This document shows, in pieces, positions 25,813-39,310 of a DNA stretch of 64,000 nucleotides. The translations under genes and the position numbers were made by a program. The DNA is taken from assembly GCA_973895155.1 (NCBI GenBank), contig OZ316898.1, forward strand, positions 14,662,330 to 14,726,329, read 5' to 3'. The notes under the pieces are model-generated. The model was given only the letters and a program-made list of their open reading frames with translations. It did not search any database and was not told the origin of the DNA. Numbering within the stretch: position 1 is the stretch's first letter; each line of letters begins with the position of its first letter. This DNA comes from Marsupella aquatica. Its lineage: Eukaryota; Plantae; Marchantiophyta.

Positions 25813-28800
25813 TAGGAACTATGGAGTAAACCACATAGAAGGGTTTGCAAGAAGAATATGTATAGGCTTTAAAGCCAATGTTCCTGGCTCTACAATGAAT
25901 AGTGAAAGTCAAAGCCCTTTGTATAAAGAATGTCATGAGGACCAAGAATATAAGGCCTCCTCTCAATACAAGATACAACACAAACCCTTAGGAACTAGTC
26001 AAAGCTAGAGTGCTGAGCATTTTGCATTAATGTAAGGTGACAAATCAAACTAAAGTTCTTTCATTGAACTTTTCTTTATGGACCCCCCATGAGGGGTCCC
26101 TTGCAAAATTCAAGGCACCAGAGCATGCCACGTCAGCAACACATGCAACAAACACAACAATTTGGCTTTGTGATTAAGAAACTACCCCCATCGTGTTTGC
26201 ATCATTTTGGGCATAAGTTTTGTGACACCATGTCGTCAAAAAACACTGCAAAGGTTGTAGTATAAAGGATGCAAAAGGGATGTTTTTTTATTAAGGTGAA
26301 CCCTAAACAATATAGCTAGGGGGGTTCCACAAACTAAGTTTGGTCATTTAGTGAAGATTTTCACTCATTGCCCTTTCATTGTTCACTATTCACTTTCGTA
26401 GATATTGTTTTCCACTCCTTTTCAACTAACACGAACAATGCATTTTGTTTGATAACGTATGAGTACTTCATGTATGTTTTTGGCTTGAAAGGGCATTGCA
26501 TGATTGTCTGATGTGTATGCTGGACAAACTGTTTTAATTATTTGTGCAAAAGTTACCTCTTAGAAACAACTTTTGTATGCCTGGGAGCAGCTATTGAAGG
26601 GGTAGATCTTCCCAATGATGAACAACAGGGTTTGATAATTTCTTATTAAACAAATGCCCAGGAGATAAACACCGTATTAGACTAGTATTGTCTAGTTCTG
26701 GTCTGTTAAGGATAACCAATCTATTAGACAAGACGAGATAAATTCTGAGTTAACATTGAACAATCTGCAGGGATGGTTTGCAGTTGTTTTACTGGTGTCA
26801 AAGCCAAAGCAATTATATATTAGAAAGAAAAAGTTCATGAAATTTAATCACAGCTGGTGGATGTTACTTAGTATGAACTCTTCATCTCTTGCTTGTAGAG
26901 TTGTCATCACTTTGATTATGAAAGACTCATATAAGATTTGAAACTATGCTTTTACACTGATGTTCCATACCATAGTGTTTGTGTGAGAATGTGGTCAATT
27001 GACGTGTGGATCCCATAGAGGTAAACTGGTGGCAACCTTAACATATTTGGAACTTGGTGTGAAAGTCTCCACATTAACTATGAGCAAGAGTGTAGGGCAC
27101 ACAGCTGCCTTTCAACCAGACCAAAAAGGCAATTGTTTTCCCATTTCAACAATGCATACTAGCTAAAGATACAAAACTGCCACCCCAAGAAGGTAGGCAG
27201 GTGTTTGGGGGGCTGGGCTGGAGTCAGCAGTTTCAGTGGCAAATATTTGCTAGACTCCACCTCTCAAAATAGTCTTCCCTCATTTTGGCTAGAGTTAGCT
27301 AAGTTTTCTGTCTTCCATTAGCCAATTTCTCATCTAGTAACAGACTAAAATATTAACTAAATTCTGACCATAACTGACGGTCAGACATTCTTAGGTCTAC
27401 GGAGATGTCAGAAATTAATCTACTAAAATTAGATAAAGTCAGAAATTAATCTAGTAAACTAGATAAAGAATTTTCTTCGCATCTTCTCGTTCCTAAGTGA
27501 CATGAGCCCAACTGGCAAACAAGAAAAAACATTAAAAATTAATCAGGGTGAAGGTGTCATGGCACACTTTCAAAACCTTTTCTTTCCCTTAGTGATGTGT
27601 AGAAAATAACAACCTTTCTCCACCTAAAAACGACAGGAATCTGAGCATAGTTTTTTTCTCTTAAGGTGCCTTCGCTGTCTCTTTCCCTCAATGTACACAA
27701 TCATGTCTTCTATGACACATAGAGCCATTCCGAAAGAGGCTGGAGAAGCAAAAGTAACGGGGCTCTCAAGTGATCGTAAACGAGAAGACATCACGAGACT
27801 TCGCAGAGAGAGCGACGAACAATCATAAAAAGAACTGAAATTCCCGATGCCTTATGATCGAGGAGGAGGAGTCACGAAAAATAAGGTTAGGGAGGAATAA
27901 AATCCGAGAGCCATGAAAAAAACAATCTGTAAATATGGTTGGTGCATTTTGGCAGCTGTTTTAATGGCACTTCCGATCGAGCATTGATGATCGAGCATCG
28001 AGCAAGCGTCGAGTAGTTCGTTGCCCTTCACTGCATGTGGGCCCAGTTGTGTCCCGCGGGCCATAATTGCGTACCTGTCCATCCAAACCTACCATCGCTT
28101 TGTCATTAAGATCGAAGGAATCCCTTCGTCGTCGTCCTGTGCACCACCACCGCCCCATCTTTCGTTGCCTCCAATCTCGAGCGTCCTTCTTTCCCATCTA
28201 CTGCCTAAACCCCATTGCAGTTCCTTGGATATCCCGTCGGAGGTCTCGTTTGTTTGTAGCTGCAGGCCGAAGTCCGCTTTTATCATCTTGTTCTTCTGAA
28301 CTACACAGCACCCTGTACATCCAGGTGTGTCAAATAAGTGTGAAGTGTGAACTTACTGTATGTATATCGAAAGCACTCTGTTGGGGTATTAGAGACTCCC
28401 GCTGACCCCGCTGCTGATTGAGCAGTGCTAGGCCTTTTTGCTGGCGAGGTCGCCAGGTTTTCATGATCTCGTGTCGAGTTGTCTTAGGCGGCTGGGTACT
28501 TTGTTTGGTTGCTTTCCAGTGACTTGGAACGGTTGACCATGTTGTTTCGGTTGGGTCTGATTCGGTTTGACGATTGACGCCGCACATTTCGCTGATCTCA
28601 GGGCTCTGCCTCTCACAGGTTCGACCAGCCCAAATCCTGAGCTGCTGGCATTTAATGATGTTCCCCGAGCTTGGCCGAGGAGCTTTCTAGGGGAGCGATC
28701 GGAATTGAAAGTGACTAGTATAGCACGGGCTATGTTGTTGGCAGCTGAGGATATTGACCTACAAGGGTGACACTTGGTGAGCGAAGGGTGTGGGCAGAAA

Positions 28801-29539
28801 GCAATCAACGGGAATCATATCAGAGTTTAGTGCACTACTAGGGCAATCCTCCAGAGCATTCGCTCCACCCAACTTCATTTATGCCACCTTCTGTAGATCT
28901 CGTATGACGCTAGTTGCTGCCTCGCCATCACAAAGAGCAAGTGCAGCTCTGAGTCGCCTGATTGTAAGTGGAGCGGAGTGCAACTGGTGGTAATTAGAGC
29001 TCCGTCTTCATCATTCTAATATACGTTTTGCCCTCCCAGTTTACCAGCCGGCTAGCTCTACTGTACCTGCATCTTTCCACGGCTGCGCTATTGTTTGCGG
29101 TGTCGTACGTCATCCGGGTTTCCAGGGTGGCCCTCGAAGTCTTCTCCTCAAATTAGCCAATGTGAGAGGCGTTGGTATCGTAACTATTTTTTGGTCGACG
29201 TGCTTCAAGACGTTGTGGACTGATTGAACCGTGCACCAGCCCGAGTCGTTGCCGAAGACTGTAGGGAGTAGTCGTTTGGACTCGTCTTGTATTCGAAGGA
29301 TCTACCTCTTACTTGGCCTAGTTACATATATCATTGGTACAGCACATGCTGCACAGGTCTCCTTGTACTCCTACTTGGCTTCCCCTTCTTCAGTCGCGCA
29401 ATTGATCCGTGTCCACTGCTATGAGATAGTGTGACCGATCAGATAGCTGCTCCTTGGCTTGGGAATTGTTGAAAGAGTTTACCACATTGTTTAGGACTTG
29501 GTAGCTTGTCCCAAACTAATATCTTTGAAACTGCACATC

Positions 29540-32165
29540 ATGGAGAGAGTATCCGCCTCGGAGGGACTTCGTTTAGTTCACATGAATGGAAGCGATGACC
29601 TCGACGGACTGTCATTCCTTGAACATCCTTTCGAGAGTGTTGAAAACTGTTCAATCGACGATTTAGCTGAGAAGTCCGTCGTATCGGATTTAGACGGTAC
29701 CATCTTAAAGAGCTCCTCCTCCTTCCCATATTTTATGTTAGTAGCCTTTGAGGCTGGCAGTCCTCTCAGGGCCATTATCCTACTGCTGCTGTCACCCATT
29801 GCGTGGGTACTATACAACCTCGTCAGTGAGGAGCTTGGCATCAAGTTCCTTATTTACATATCCTGTGCAGGACTGAAGAAGTCTGCCCTGGAGTCTGTGT
29901 CGCGTGGGGTACTTCCCAAATTCTATTTGGAGGATATGCACCCCATCTCGTTCAAGATCTTCACGTCGTGTGAGAAGAGAGTGGTGGTCACTGCCAATCC
30001 GAGAATTATGGTCGAGCCGTTCTTGAGGGATCATCTGGGTGTCGATACGGTTCTGGGCACGGAATTACGATTTAGCAACGGCGGCTACTGCACCGGACTT
30101 ACAACTTCTGCTGGTGTGCTTGTGGGTCTGGCAAAGGAAAGGGTCGTGAAGAAATACTTTGGGGATGAGCAGCCCGACATTGGGCTGGGTGATCGAGAGA
30201 CCGACTACAACTTCATGGCTCTTTGCAAGGTACATCCGTTTCCCGTCATATGTCCTCCAGTGATTGAGTCCCAGGGCATTACTCTGCAATATAGTCCCCC
30301 ACCGTAGACTACGGTAAGGGGAGTTTTCGATGGAATGGGCTGTCCTGTCTAAACTGTGACCGTAGTTAGCTCGTGCTTAGCTAATATGTTGAAGATCAGG
30401 GCCCTCTTCCACTTTTCCAGGCATGCTGTGCATCTTAGAGCCGCATAGTTTGCATGGTCCTCTTTTCATCTCCATTCGTCACGTTATAAGTCTTGAAGGA
30501 ATATCGCCACTCAGGAAACCGGGATTTCAGGAGAGTTCAGTTATCGATTTTTGACAGGCTAGAGCTGATAGCTATGTAGATCCGATGTTGCACGGGTAAG
30601 GGATCACGTACCTTTATTTTCAGTTTCATGGATTGTCGCGAATATGTTCATTGTGGTCTGTGCAAAGGCGCGACGTGGTCTTCCATGGGTTAGAGGACCG
30701 GAGTGTTCGATGATATGATAGCTGAGCTCGTGGAAGTCAGGCGCATTACGACAAGAAGTAGACTTTGGATGTCGGTCCTTTCATGTCCTTTCCTGTCGCC
30801 AGGAGGGCCTAACGCGCCGAGAGTCACGGATTAGTACACTAGCCCCCTAGCCCTGCCCCCGACGTGTGCATGACAAGCTGGTGCAAGATTTTATCGTATA
30901 AGACGGTATCTTGACTCGGTCTGGTTTTATAACATTTTGTTGGTCTTCTGTCCTCACCATAGCAAGCAAGCGTGAAATTCTCGTAGTGAATTGGTCTGCG
31001 GGATCGAAGGTTGTTGGTCCTGTAGAATGACTTCGTTCGTGGTGTAAGCTCATTGAGCGTCCTTCCACTTTGTCCTTCGGTTTTAACGGCTCAAATTCAC
31101 CCCTCAGCCTGCCCTTGCTGGGGCACAGAATTCTGGCACTCTCACGATTGTAATTTCCCCTGTTCTCGTTGTTTTGAGTGGGTGTTTATCGTCTGCTCAC
31201 TAGTAACACATGCATGTCCTCTCGAGCTAACTATCCATTTCATATTGTCCCATTTGCAGAAAGCCTATGTGGTTCTCAAGGAAAACAGTGCGCACCTTGC
31301 GCCTGTTCCGAAGGACCAGTACTTGAAGCCAATTATTTTCCACGACGGGCGTTTGGTCTGCAGGCCAACACCTTTTATTTCACTCGTGGTCTTTCTCTGG
31401 GCTCCAATTGGGTTTATTCTTGCCATCTTGAGAATGGCCATCGGCATTTTGCTTCCGATGTGGTGGTCCCTTCCGATCCAAGCCTGCCTGGGGGTGTCAG
31501 TGAAGATTAGAGGAGTCCCGCCTGCAGCAGTGGGAGACAAGCAGACAAGGAAGGGAGTTTTGTTCGTATGCTCTCATAGAACTCTGCTTGACCCAATTTT
31601 CCTATCGATCGCTGTACGAAGGAGCGTCACCGCGGTCACATACTCCGTCTCGCGGCTGTCGGAGGTACTCTCCCCTATCCGGACCGTGAGACTCACAAGG
31701 GATCGGGTTCAAGACTCTAACATCATGGCGCAGCTCCTGGAGGAAGGGGATCTAGTGGTATGTCCAGAAGGTACAACGTGCAGAGAGCCATTTCTGCTCC
31801 GGTTTAGTTCCCTTTTCGCTGAGCTGGCGGACGATATTGTTCCCGTCTCGATGAAGTGCCATTACACAATTTTCCATGGCACTTCGGCAAGAGGATGGAA
31901 AGGATTGGACCCGTTCTTTTTCTTCATGAACCCGTCGCCAAGATACGAGATGACGTTTCTTCCGCAGGTCCCCTTCGAGCTGACCTGCGGTGGAGGGAAG
32001 AGTTCGCAGGAGGTGGCGAACTATATCCAGCGGATGCTAGCGAATTCGCTTGGATTTCAGTGCACAAACTACACCCGAAAGGACAAGTACAGGGTTCTTG
32101 CAGGGAACGATGGTATCGTTCCAGAAAATAGAAATAATCACTTGAAGCGGACGAGGACTGTATAG
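29540..32165 (+). CDS. GPAT: Bifunctional sn-2 glycerol-3-phosphate acyltransferase/phosphatase (cutin/suberin GPAT4/6/8-like), 2 exons, ~531 aa
   Basis: Exons 29540-30229 and 31260-32165 (GT-AG, phase 0: ALCK|KAYVV). HAD motifs DLDGT and GDRETD; acyltransferase motifs HRTLLD and CPEGT; C-terminal [14 protein letters not shown]. Start could be 29582. Confidence 0.95.
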
Positions 32166-34929
32166 GCCGGTCTCGCTGGAAGGCATCTACATGATCGTTG
32201 CCGGGTAAAGCTCGCAACCAGCAAAGCTGCGTTGGTGACTTGATCATTCCTGTATGTGAAATGCGCGTAGCCAAGCTCTCCACTGATGGACTCGCATCTG
32301 GCTACAAGATTTGTCAAACTGGGATCCAGACGGGGAAGGATTGTGTGCCAGAGGCGAGCTGGGCAGGCTCCGTATTTTGGGTCAATGTACCTCGTAGTGC
32401 CGCTACTGGACTGGTAGGGTTGCGTTGGATCGTCTTTGTTTTATTATCGCTTCTCCGTTGAGTATTGAACTCTTGTTCTTGGTGGGAGATACTCAAGCTA
32501 TTTTGGGGTCAAAACTATGGAACTCTATATAGCTGCTTGTTCTTGTTGAATTTCTTCCACCCAGAGAAAGAGTTCCATCAACAAGAACAAGCAGCTAAAC
32601 TGGACATACATATCAAGTAGATGTCGTTCATTTCTTTGAGACAGTAATTGACACAGACAACGATGAATCAAATTGTGATTCGTTGCTCACCATTTGTCTC
32701 CCAACCAAAGATCAGGCAGGTTGAAATATAGATCCACTCTTGGACCGGGGAGTTCTGTGATCTAATTTTGAGTTTGAGGTAAATTCGCACGGATCAATTG
32801 ATCAAGTTCAAACTCCTTCATGGATCTTGAGAGGATTCGCCTCTTCTTATTTTGAACTCTTTTTCAATAAAGAACTTACACGAGGAGTTTGATAATGAAT
32901 ATACACAGGTATCTTTAGTGAGCTCACACACCACTTCGAGAACTGAAAAGCTGGAAGAGCACCTACATGTTATGCATGGGATTTTAAAGAAGTTCTTATA
33001 GAACTTAATTCGATCACTCCAATTTTGTGCATAGACTGAAGACATGAATGGATATAAGGGAGTTACGAAGATTCACTCCCATATAGCATGTCATTCCTCT
33101 CGTGGCACCGGTTTGTAGATGGCGATAAGGTCGCCGAATTTTGAGGGCTCATGCCCACTTGTATTTTGATTGTAATGTTCCAAAAATGGCCGGGAAATGA
33201 AATTCAATCTTGAGCTGAGCTTAGTTTCTTAATTGACCCAATTCCTAGTCATGGATTGTCAGACACATCTTTGCCCTTTGAAATGTGAACTGACAAAGTG
33301 GACAAATCTTTACTCTTTGAAATGTCGAAAAGCTAGGCAACCAGTTTTAAGTGTCCAGGCAGTGCGTAATTTCGAATCCTTCACAATTCGAATCACTCCC
33401 AAACACAAGTCTGCCGTGCATGGGTTTTGAATGTTTGAGCGTTGGAACCCACATTTAACAACACTTTGTAACACTTCTGGTGATTTAGTTGGTCGTGCCG
33501 GGGAGGAACTGTAAAACAACTGTATCATTTTTGAATGGTGTGCAAGTTGCAAGAATTTCGGTCTTTGCCGGCGTCCCCCGTTTCTTCGCCAAACCGTTAC
33601 GCAAAGAATAAAAAAACCGAACATCCCGGAAGTAATTGATCGTAGTTCACTTAGTACAATTTGATGAAAAACTTTGCCCTAGTCGGGCATGGCACTTTGA
33701 CAATTTCCCCCAGCAGGCGTACAAGTACGACGTACAACTTATGGTCGACGCTTGTTGCGCGCTGGATTCGGAAGCAAATGTGCGCAATTCAGCTGAGTTC
33801 CCCAAGGCACCGGCAGTTCCAGTTCCAGTGGCCGGGCCAGAGAAGCAGGGAACTTCCGCTGAAGAGAGTGTATGCTATGTCGTACTCGATGAGCTGGGAT
33901 CAATGATCGAGATGTTCCCCTCTTCTCTGGTAAGCAACCAATCAGACTGCCAGCGTCCACTATGGCCCCAATTAATGAAACTGGCGGAGAACCGAGTCCA
34001 CGTGGTTGGGGATTAAACGTACAAACCGAGAAGGTAAGTTAATTAAAATCATCCCTAAGGCCGGCCACGCCCTGCATGTGATCTCCGAACAATATGAAAA
34101 ATGATTCCGGGTGGTCCAGACCATCGATGGTCGCAGCCTCGACCTTCCTCCATCCCAAGTGAACGTGCCGGCCACCGCAGACCCATGATCCTTTCCTCTC
34201 ATTCATTAATGAGCTCTTTGGAAAGTTCCCCAAGTGAAGAAATTGAAGTACAGGCATCATAGGGCGGTGAGACAGTACGACTGCAGATCAATAGACGAGT
34301 CAGGTCATGAATCAGTGAATGCGCGTCCAGTATACGGCAAATGAAGAACTCAGCTGCCAATGCGAGCTGTAATTGTAAGTGTGACTCCGTTCACGTTGAG
34401 TCATTTCGGAAGTGATTTTGAGTTGTGCGCAGACATACACCACACGACTTTATGACTAAGATATGAACCAAACTGCCAAAAACCAAAGGGCTCCCAAACT
34501 ATACGACTAACAATGTATGTTAGACTGCCAAAAAAGGAGACATGATCCGTAAGGCAAAAGACCCATCAAGGGGAGGAAAGCAAAAAACCACGGAGCCTAT
34601 CACGAATGTGTCTTTCCAACCCACCCCTAGCAATTCAGAACTGAACAAATCTGTTTACACATGAGCCTAACGATGAAGTCCATAATTACCAAGTGGTTCT
34701 AATTGAATGGGGCTGGAATTAATGACATCTAAGAGGATGCGTGTTTCAATCTATCTGTCATTCAGCTACGGAACACAATGGAGTCATGTGCGTCATCCTG
34801 AATGTTCTCAAAGTCTCATCAAGTCGATTTCAATTTCTCATGCTTGTGAATTGATCACTTAGGTATCTAATTATATAATCACAATTAAAGTTACTCTTTG
34901 GGTGAATGTATTCGGGTGTAACTGAAGTT

Positions 34930-36080
34930 GAGGGTATGAGTGCTCTCTTTACCTAAATAGAGGTGAAGACATTCAAACCCTACCCCGAGTTAAATCTAAG
35001 TCAAGTTAATGCTACTCACTTTCCCGGGGTGCCGTACACTGCCCCGTCCTAGTCCCGCATGTTGTTGCCCGCTCCAGCCCAAGTTTGGCAGAACATAAAC
35101 CAATCTTCTACCGTTTTGTCACGCGCTCCGGCCCGATAAACTTTGGGTCATCGACTTTGGGTTTATGTTTTGGCACCTTCGCTCGCTCCGGCCCGACGAC
35201 TTAAGTTTGTGTCATCGATTTCTTCCTTGTGGAGCCTTGGTTTATGTTCTGGCACCACTTCTTTCCAGCAGAGCCTAAGTGTTCAGGGCAAACCTAGTAC
35301 CTTGGTTAAGAGTCATGATTTATAGAGTCTTGGTTTATGTTGTGCCAAATACTTATTCTCTAGAGTTGTGATTAATGTTTTGGCAACACTTCTTTGCAAG
35401 GGAGTCATGTTTGTTTGGTAACAAAGTCTAAGTGTTTAGGCACAACCTAGTATTTTGGTTAAGAGTAATGATTCTAGAGTCTTGGTAGATGTTTCGCCAA
35501 ATGCTTCTTCTCGATGGAGTCAGGGTTTATGTTCCGGCAACACTTCTTTCCAAATGGAGTCATACCTATTTTGTAATAGAGTCTAAGTGTTCAAAGGGAG
35601 CCTACTACTTTGGTTGAGAGTCATGATTGATAGAGTCTTGGTTTATGTTGTGCCAAATACTTATTCTCTATGGAGTGGTGGTTTATGTTTTGGCAACACT
35701 TCTTTCCAAAAAGTTGATGGCACAAAGTCAATTGGGCCGGAGCGGCCGACAAAAAGTTTTGGGGCGCCAAAACATAAACCTGAAGTCGATGGCGCAAAGT
35801 TGATCGGGCCGGAGCGCATGAGTTAAATTGTAGAGTATTAATTGGTTTATGTTCTGCCAAACTTTGGCCGGAGCCGGCAACAGCATCGGGAACTGGGACG
35901 GGCAGTGTACGGTGCCTCGGGAAAGTGGGGGAGCATTAACTTGACGTAGATTTAACTCAGGGTAAACCCTCTGTCCCATTTTCAGGGACTTAATGGAGAT
36001 TGGGAGTAAGTCTCCCAAAGTGGGGTAGTGGGTTTGAATGTACTCACCTCTATTTAGGTAAAAAGAGCATCCATGCACTC
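34930..36080. mobile_element. Foldback/MULE-like non-autonomous element
   Basis: Imperfect long inverted termini (34930-~35105 vs ~35840-36080, with a ~60-bp indel). Interior built from repeated GGTTTATGTT..GCCA/CACTTCTTTCC units. No clear TSD. Confidence 0.7.
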
Positions 36081-39000
36081 AGGCTTTGCCCTAATAAAGC
36101 AGTCATTTATTGCCTACAAACTACTAATAGAGTCCAAATAAGGACTTAACAGGACCCCTCTGGCATATCTCCTGGACTTATCACCATCAAGATCTGAGCA
36201 AAATAGGTAGGCACAGGTCCTGTTAAGTCTTTTTGTCACATAGGGTCCTGTTAAGTCTTTTCCTGAACTGAGTTGAATGTAACATTAGTTTTCTATGGAC
36301 TTGAGCTCCCCCTTTCCATTGAAGTCTCTTTGCCTGGTCAGAACTCTTCAATAACTATTTGGTAAATTTCAATGACCTCCTTGTTTAGTGAGGTCTTACT
36401 GTTTGGGACATGAAGCCCAGAAGCACTTCCAGAAATCTGAAAGGGTAAGTCTGTAATGCTGTTTTACTAATGTTGCTTTTAATACTAGACGCAAGTGTGT
36501 GGTACAGAAAAAGTAGAGGTGAGTGTAGCCTTAGAAAAATAGCCCATTGAAAACTAGTGTGTGTTAGGATTTACTCTTAGGTCTAGAGTAACGACTGTAC
36601 CATAGTTAAGGCTAACGTTAGTCAGACTTGGTTAGGTTAGTTATGCTTTGCACACTCTATACCCAAACGATGTTTTCTCTTGGAGAGAGGGGACTCAGGC
36701 TCATGTTACAGAGCTAGTTGAGAGATAGGGAGAGTTTGCGCTGTGGATGTGTGGTATGACCGGTTGGCTGAGAGTGCAATAAAGCTCTTGTGTGTTCCTG
36801 TGGACGTAGCCTCATGTGGAGGTGAACCACGTATCTCTTTGTGTCGACTCTTGTGCGTTGGATGGTTCATGGGCTTGCCGTTGCGATTGTTGTCTATGCT
36901 CAACATAGCCGAGTAGCTAAGTTAGTAATAAATTATTTTGTATTAGCTAACAACATAACACTACATGTAAGGGTGAAGTAGCATAAAAACTTGTTTGAGG
37001 TGAGGAAACTAGTACTAAAAGAGTACTAAAGTATCAGCAGATGATATGAACTTGACATTCCAACAGAAAGAGAAAGGTACAAGTGAAATATTTCCAGCTC
37101 ATGTTAGTGAAGGGTGTGAAGGGAATTGGAATGGTGATGGAAGAATTGAAGCTTAAGTCAGTGCTGGAGGAGGAAGAAAGCAATTTAGAGATAGAACCTG
37201 CAAAAAGAAGACGTATACAATAAGCTTTGTGTAATTCACTGACAAAGAACACTTAACACTTAACAATTGGTGTTAGCCAGTCATTAACAGTAGTAACAAG
37301 AAATAAAGAGTTACAAACAGAATGAATAGGAATCTTTGGGCGGTTGTAGTTCAAATACTGTCAAAGATGCCTGGCTTTGGATGGGGGGGGGTGTAGACTG
37401 TGAGTTTGCAAGGAAGGAGGGGGGGTCTTATACCTTGGGTTTTCCAGGATTCTAGTACAATGGATGAAGTTCAAAGAGAGGTCAGTGGAGCTTTTTTGCA
37501 GTGTCTAGAGATGGGTAAAGAATTCTCTTGGAAGAAATCCATGTGAAAAAATTGATGGGGAAATTGACCAAAAATGAGTAAAATTGTTGTGGAGCCAAGC
37601 CTTTAAGACAGTAGGACAAATCCACAGTCATACAAATTACTTGACAAATTATGTGTCCGGTGAAGATTGTTAGCAATAAATGAAAGAAAGTAGTTAGTTG
37701 TTCAGAGAAGATGCACGGAATTGCTAGATTTTGAGAATGGAAGATTGTTTGTAATCTGGCTATAGAGCCCTATAAAAGAAAGATTGGAATTGCATTATTG
37801 TTATGGAGAACTCATGATGGACATAAGAAGAGTAGAGATGTTGAATGTTTGATGAGGCAAAGTCCCTCAAGGGATATTTAATGACAGTACTAACGGTGGT
37901 GGAAATGAAGGAGACAACCCTGTCGTGTTTGTGGTTGGCAAAAATTGAAGGTCATTCCATCTGGTCTATAGAATACATCATGCAAACGAATATCAAAAGC
38001 TAATTAAGAAATGAAGAAGTACATGATTTTGAAATGGAAGAAACTAAACTTGAGAGTCTCCCCACACTAGGATCAAAAATTCAAATAACTAAGTTAGCTG
38101 GGAGGTAACTAGAAAGGGTCAGACTGCTCTCTTGAGTAATTAATCAACAAGATGTTAAGTTGAGAGCAAACAAGACAACTCAACAAGATGTTAAGTTGAG
38201 AGCAAACAAGACAACTCTCAGTTATGTGAACGGTGGAGTCCAGTGACTAGTGAGAGCTGGGCTACAATATATCTTGAGACTTAATAAATCAACAAGATTT
38301 TAGCTTGAGAGCAAACAAAACAGCTCTGTTTGAGAGAGCTAGACACTTGTAATCAGAGAGAATTGGGTTATTGTCCTGAGAAATTGAGCAATTGTCACTA
38401 CTGGTTTGTCGGGACCACAGAATTAGGACCAAAGAGCGAAATGGAGAAAGGGCAGGATGGTAGCCCGGACGGTAGATGTCCACGACATGGGGATACTTTA
38501 GTTGTATTTTGGAGCAATTTTAGGGGTTGTTAAATCTATGAATTGAAGAAATTTGACAAAATTGCTTGGGGAAATGTGGCATGGGCGGTGGATGTGCCAA
38601 AAGGTCCATCCTGTCAATTAACAGTGAGGCAAACAAGTGCCTCAAGCATGGTGTCCCGGGGTCTAGGAATGGTTGCATAGTATTGTAAGGAGGGAGAAGG
38701 CTTTTTCCCTTAGCTACTTAAAAATTTCCACCTCTCCCCAAGCTCTCCCCTCCCCCGAGGAGCATAGGGATGCAGGAGGAAGAAATGTCATTGCAAGATG
38801 GCAAGCAAGGGTCACAATTGTGGGCATGGAGTTGCTGAATCTGTCTCCCTGGGCCTCAATCTTATTTAATATCAGAGGACGTGCAAACACTTGAAGGTTG
38901 GGTTTTATTCATTTTGAAGTAATTATATAAATATTTCCGGGAACTTTTCATAGCAAAAAAAGAAGAAGAAAGGGTAAAAGGGTCACAAGTGTGGGGTGTC

Positions 39001-39310
39001 ACACTTATACTAGTTAGAGTGAGGGATCAGAGTCCCATTGCTGGCAAGGAGGGAAGGTTGCCATTTGACGGTCTGAGGGCAGGCCTGCAAGGTGGGTTTA
39101 ATTTGGCAAATCCAGTGGTCATAAAAAGATCTCATTAAGCAAACACCCACAATGTATTCCTATGGACTCAAAGAGTTGCAACTCTCCCATGGGCCAATGA
39201 ATTAGAAAGAGAATTTAGTTTTCTGTGGTCAACCTTTGCTGCTCTTGGGAATTATTCTTTCTCAATATTATCTAAATGATCATAATTATATTCTGTTGCA
39301 TGTAGTTGCA

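Noticed and set aside
31053-31259. N-terminal extension of the 370-aa GPAT ORF
   Set aside because: Intronic read-through upstream of the acceptor at 31259.
35150-35800. Regularly recurring motif resembling a CRISPR array
   Set aside because: Eukaryotic context, degenerate units, spacers themselves repetitive, no cas genes.
36430-38500. Possible LTR/PBS relic (AACAATTGGTGTTAG at ~37262)
   Set aside because: Too degraded; no paired LTR or coding motif.
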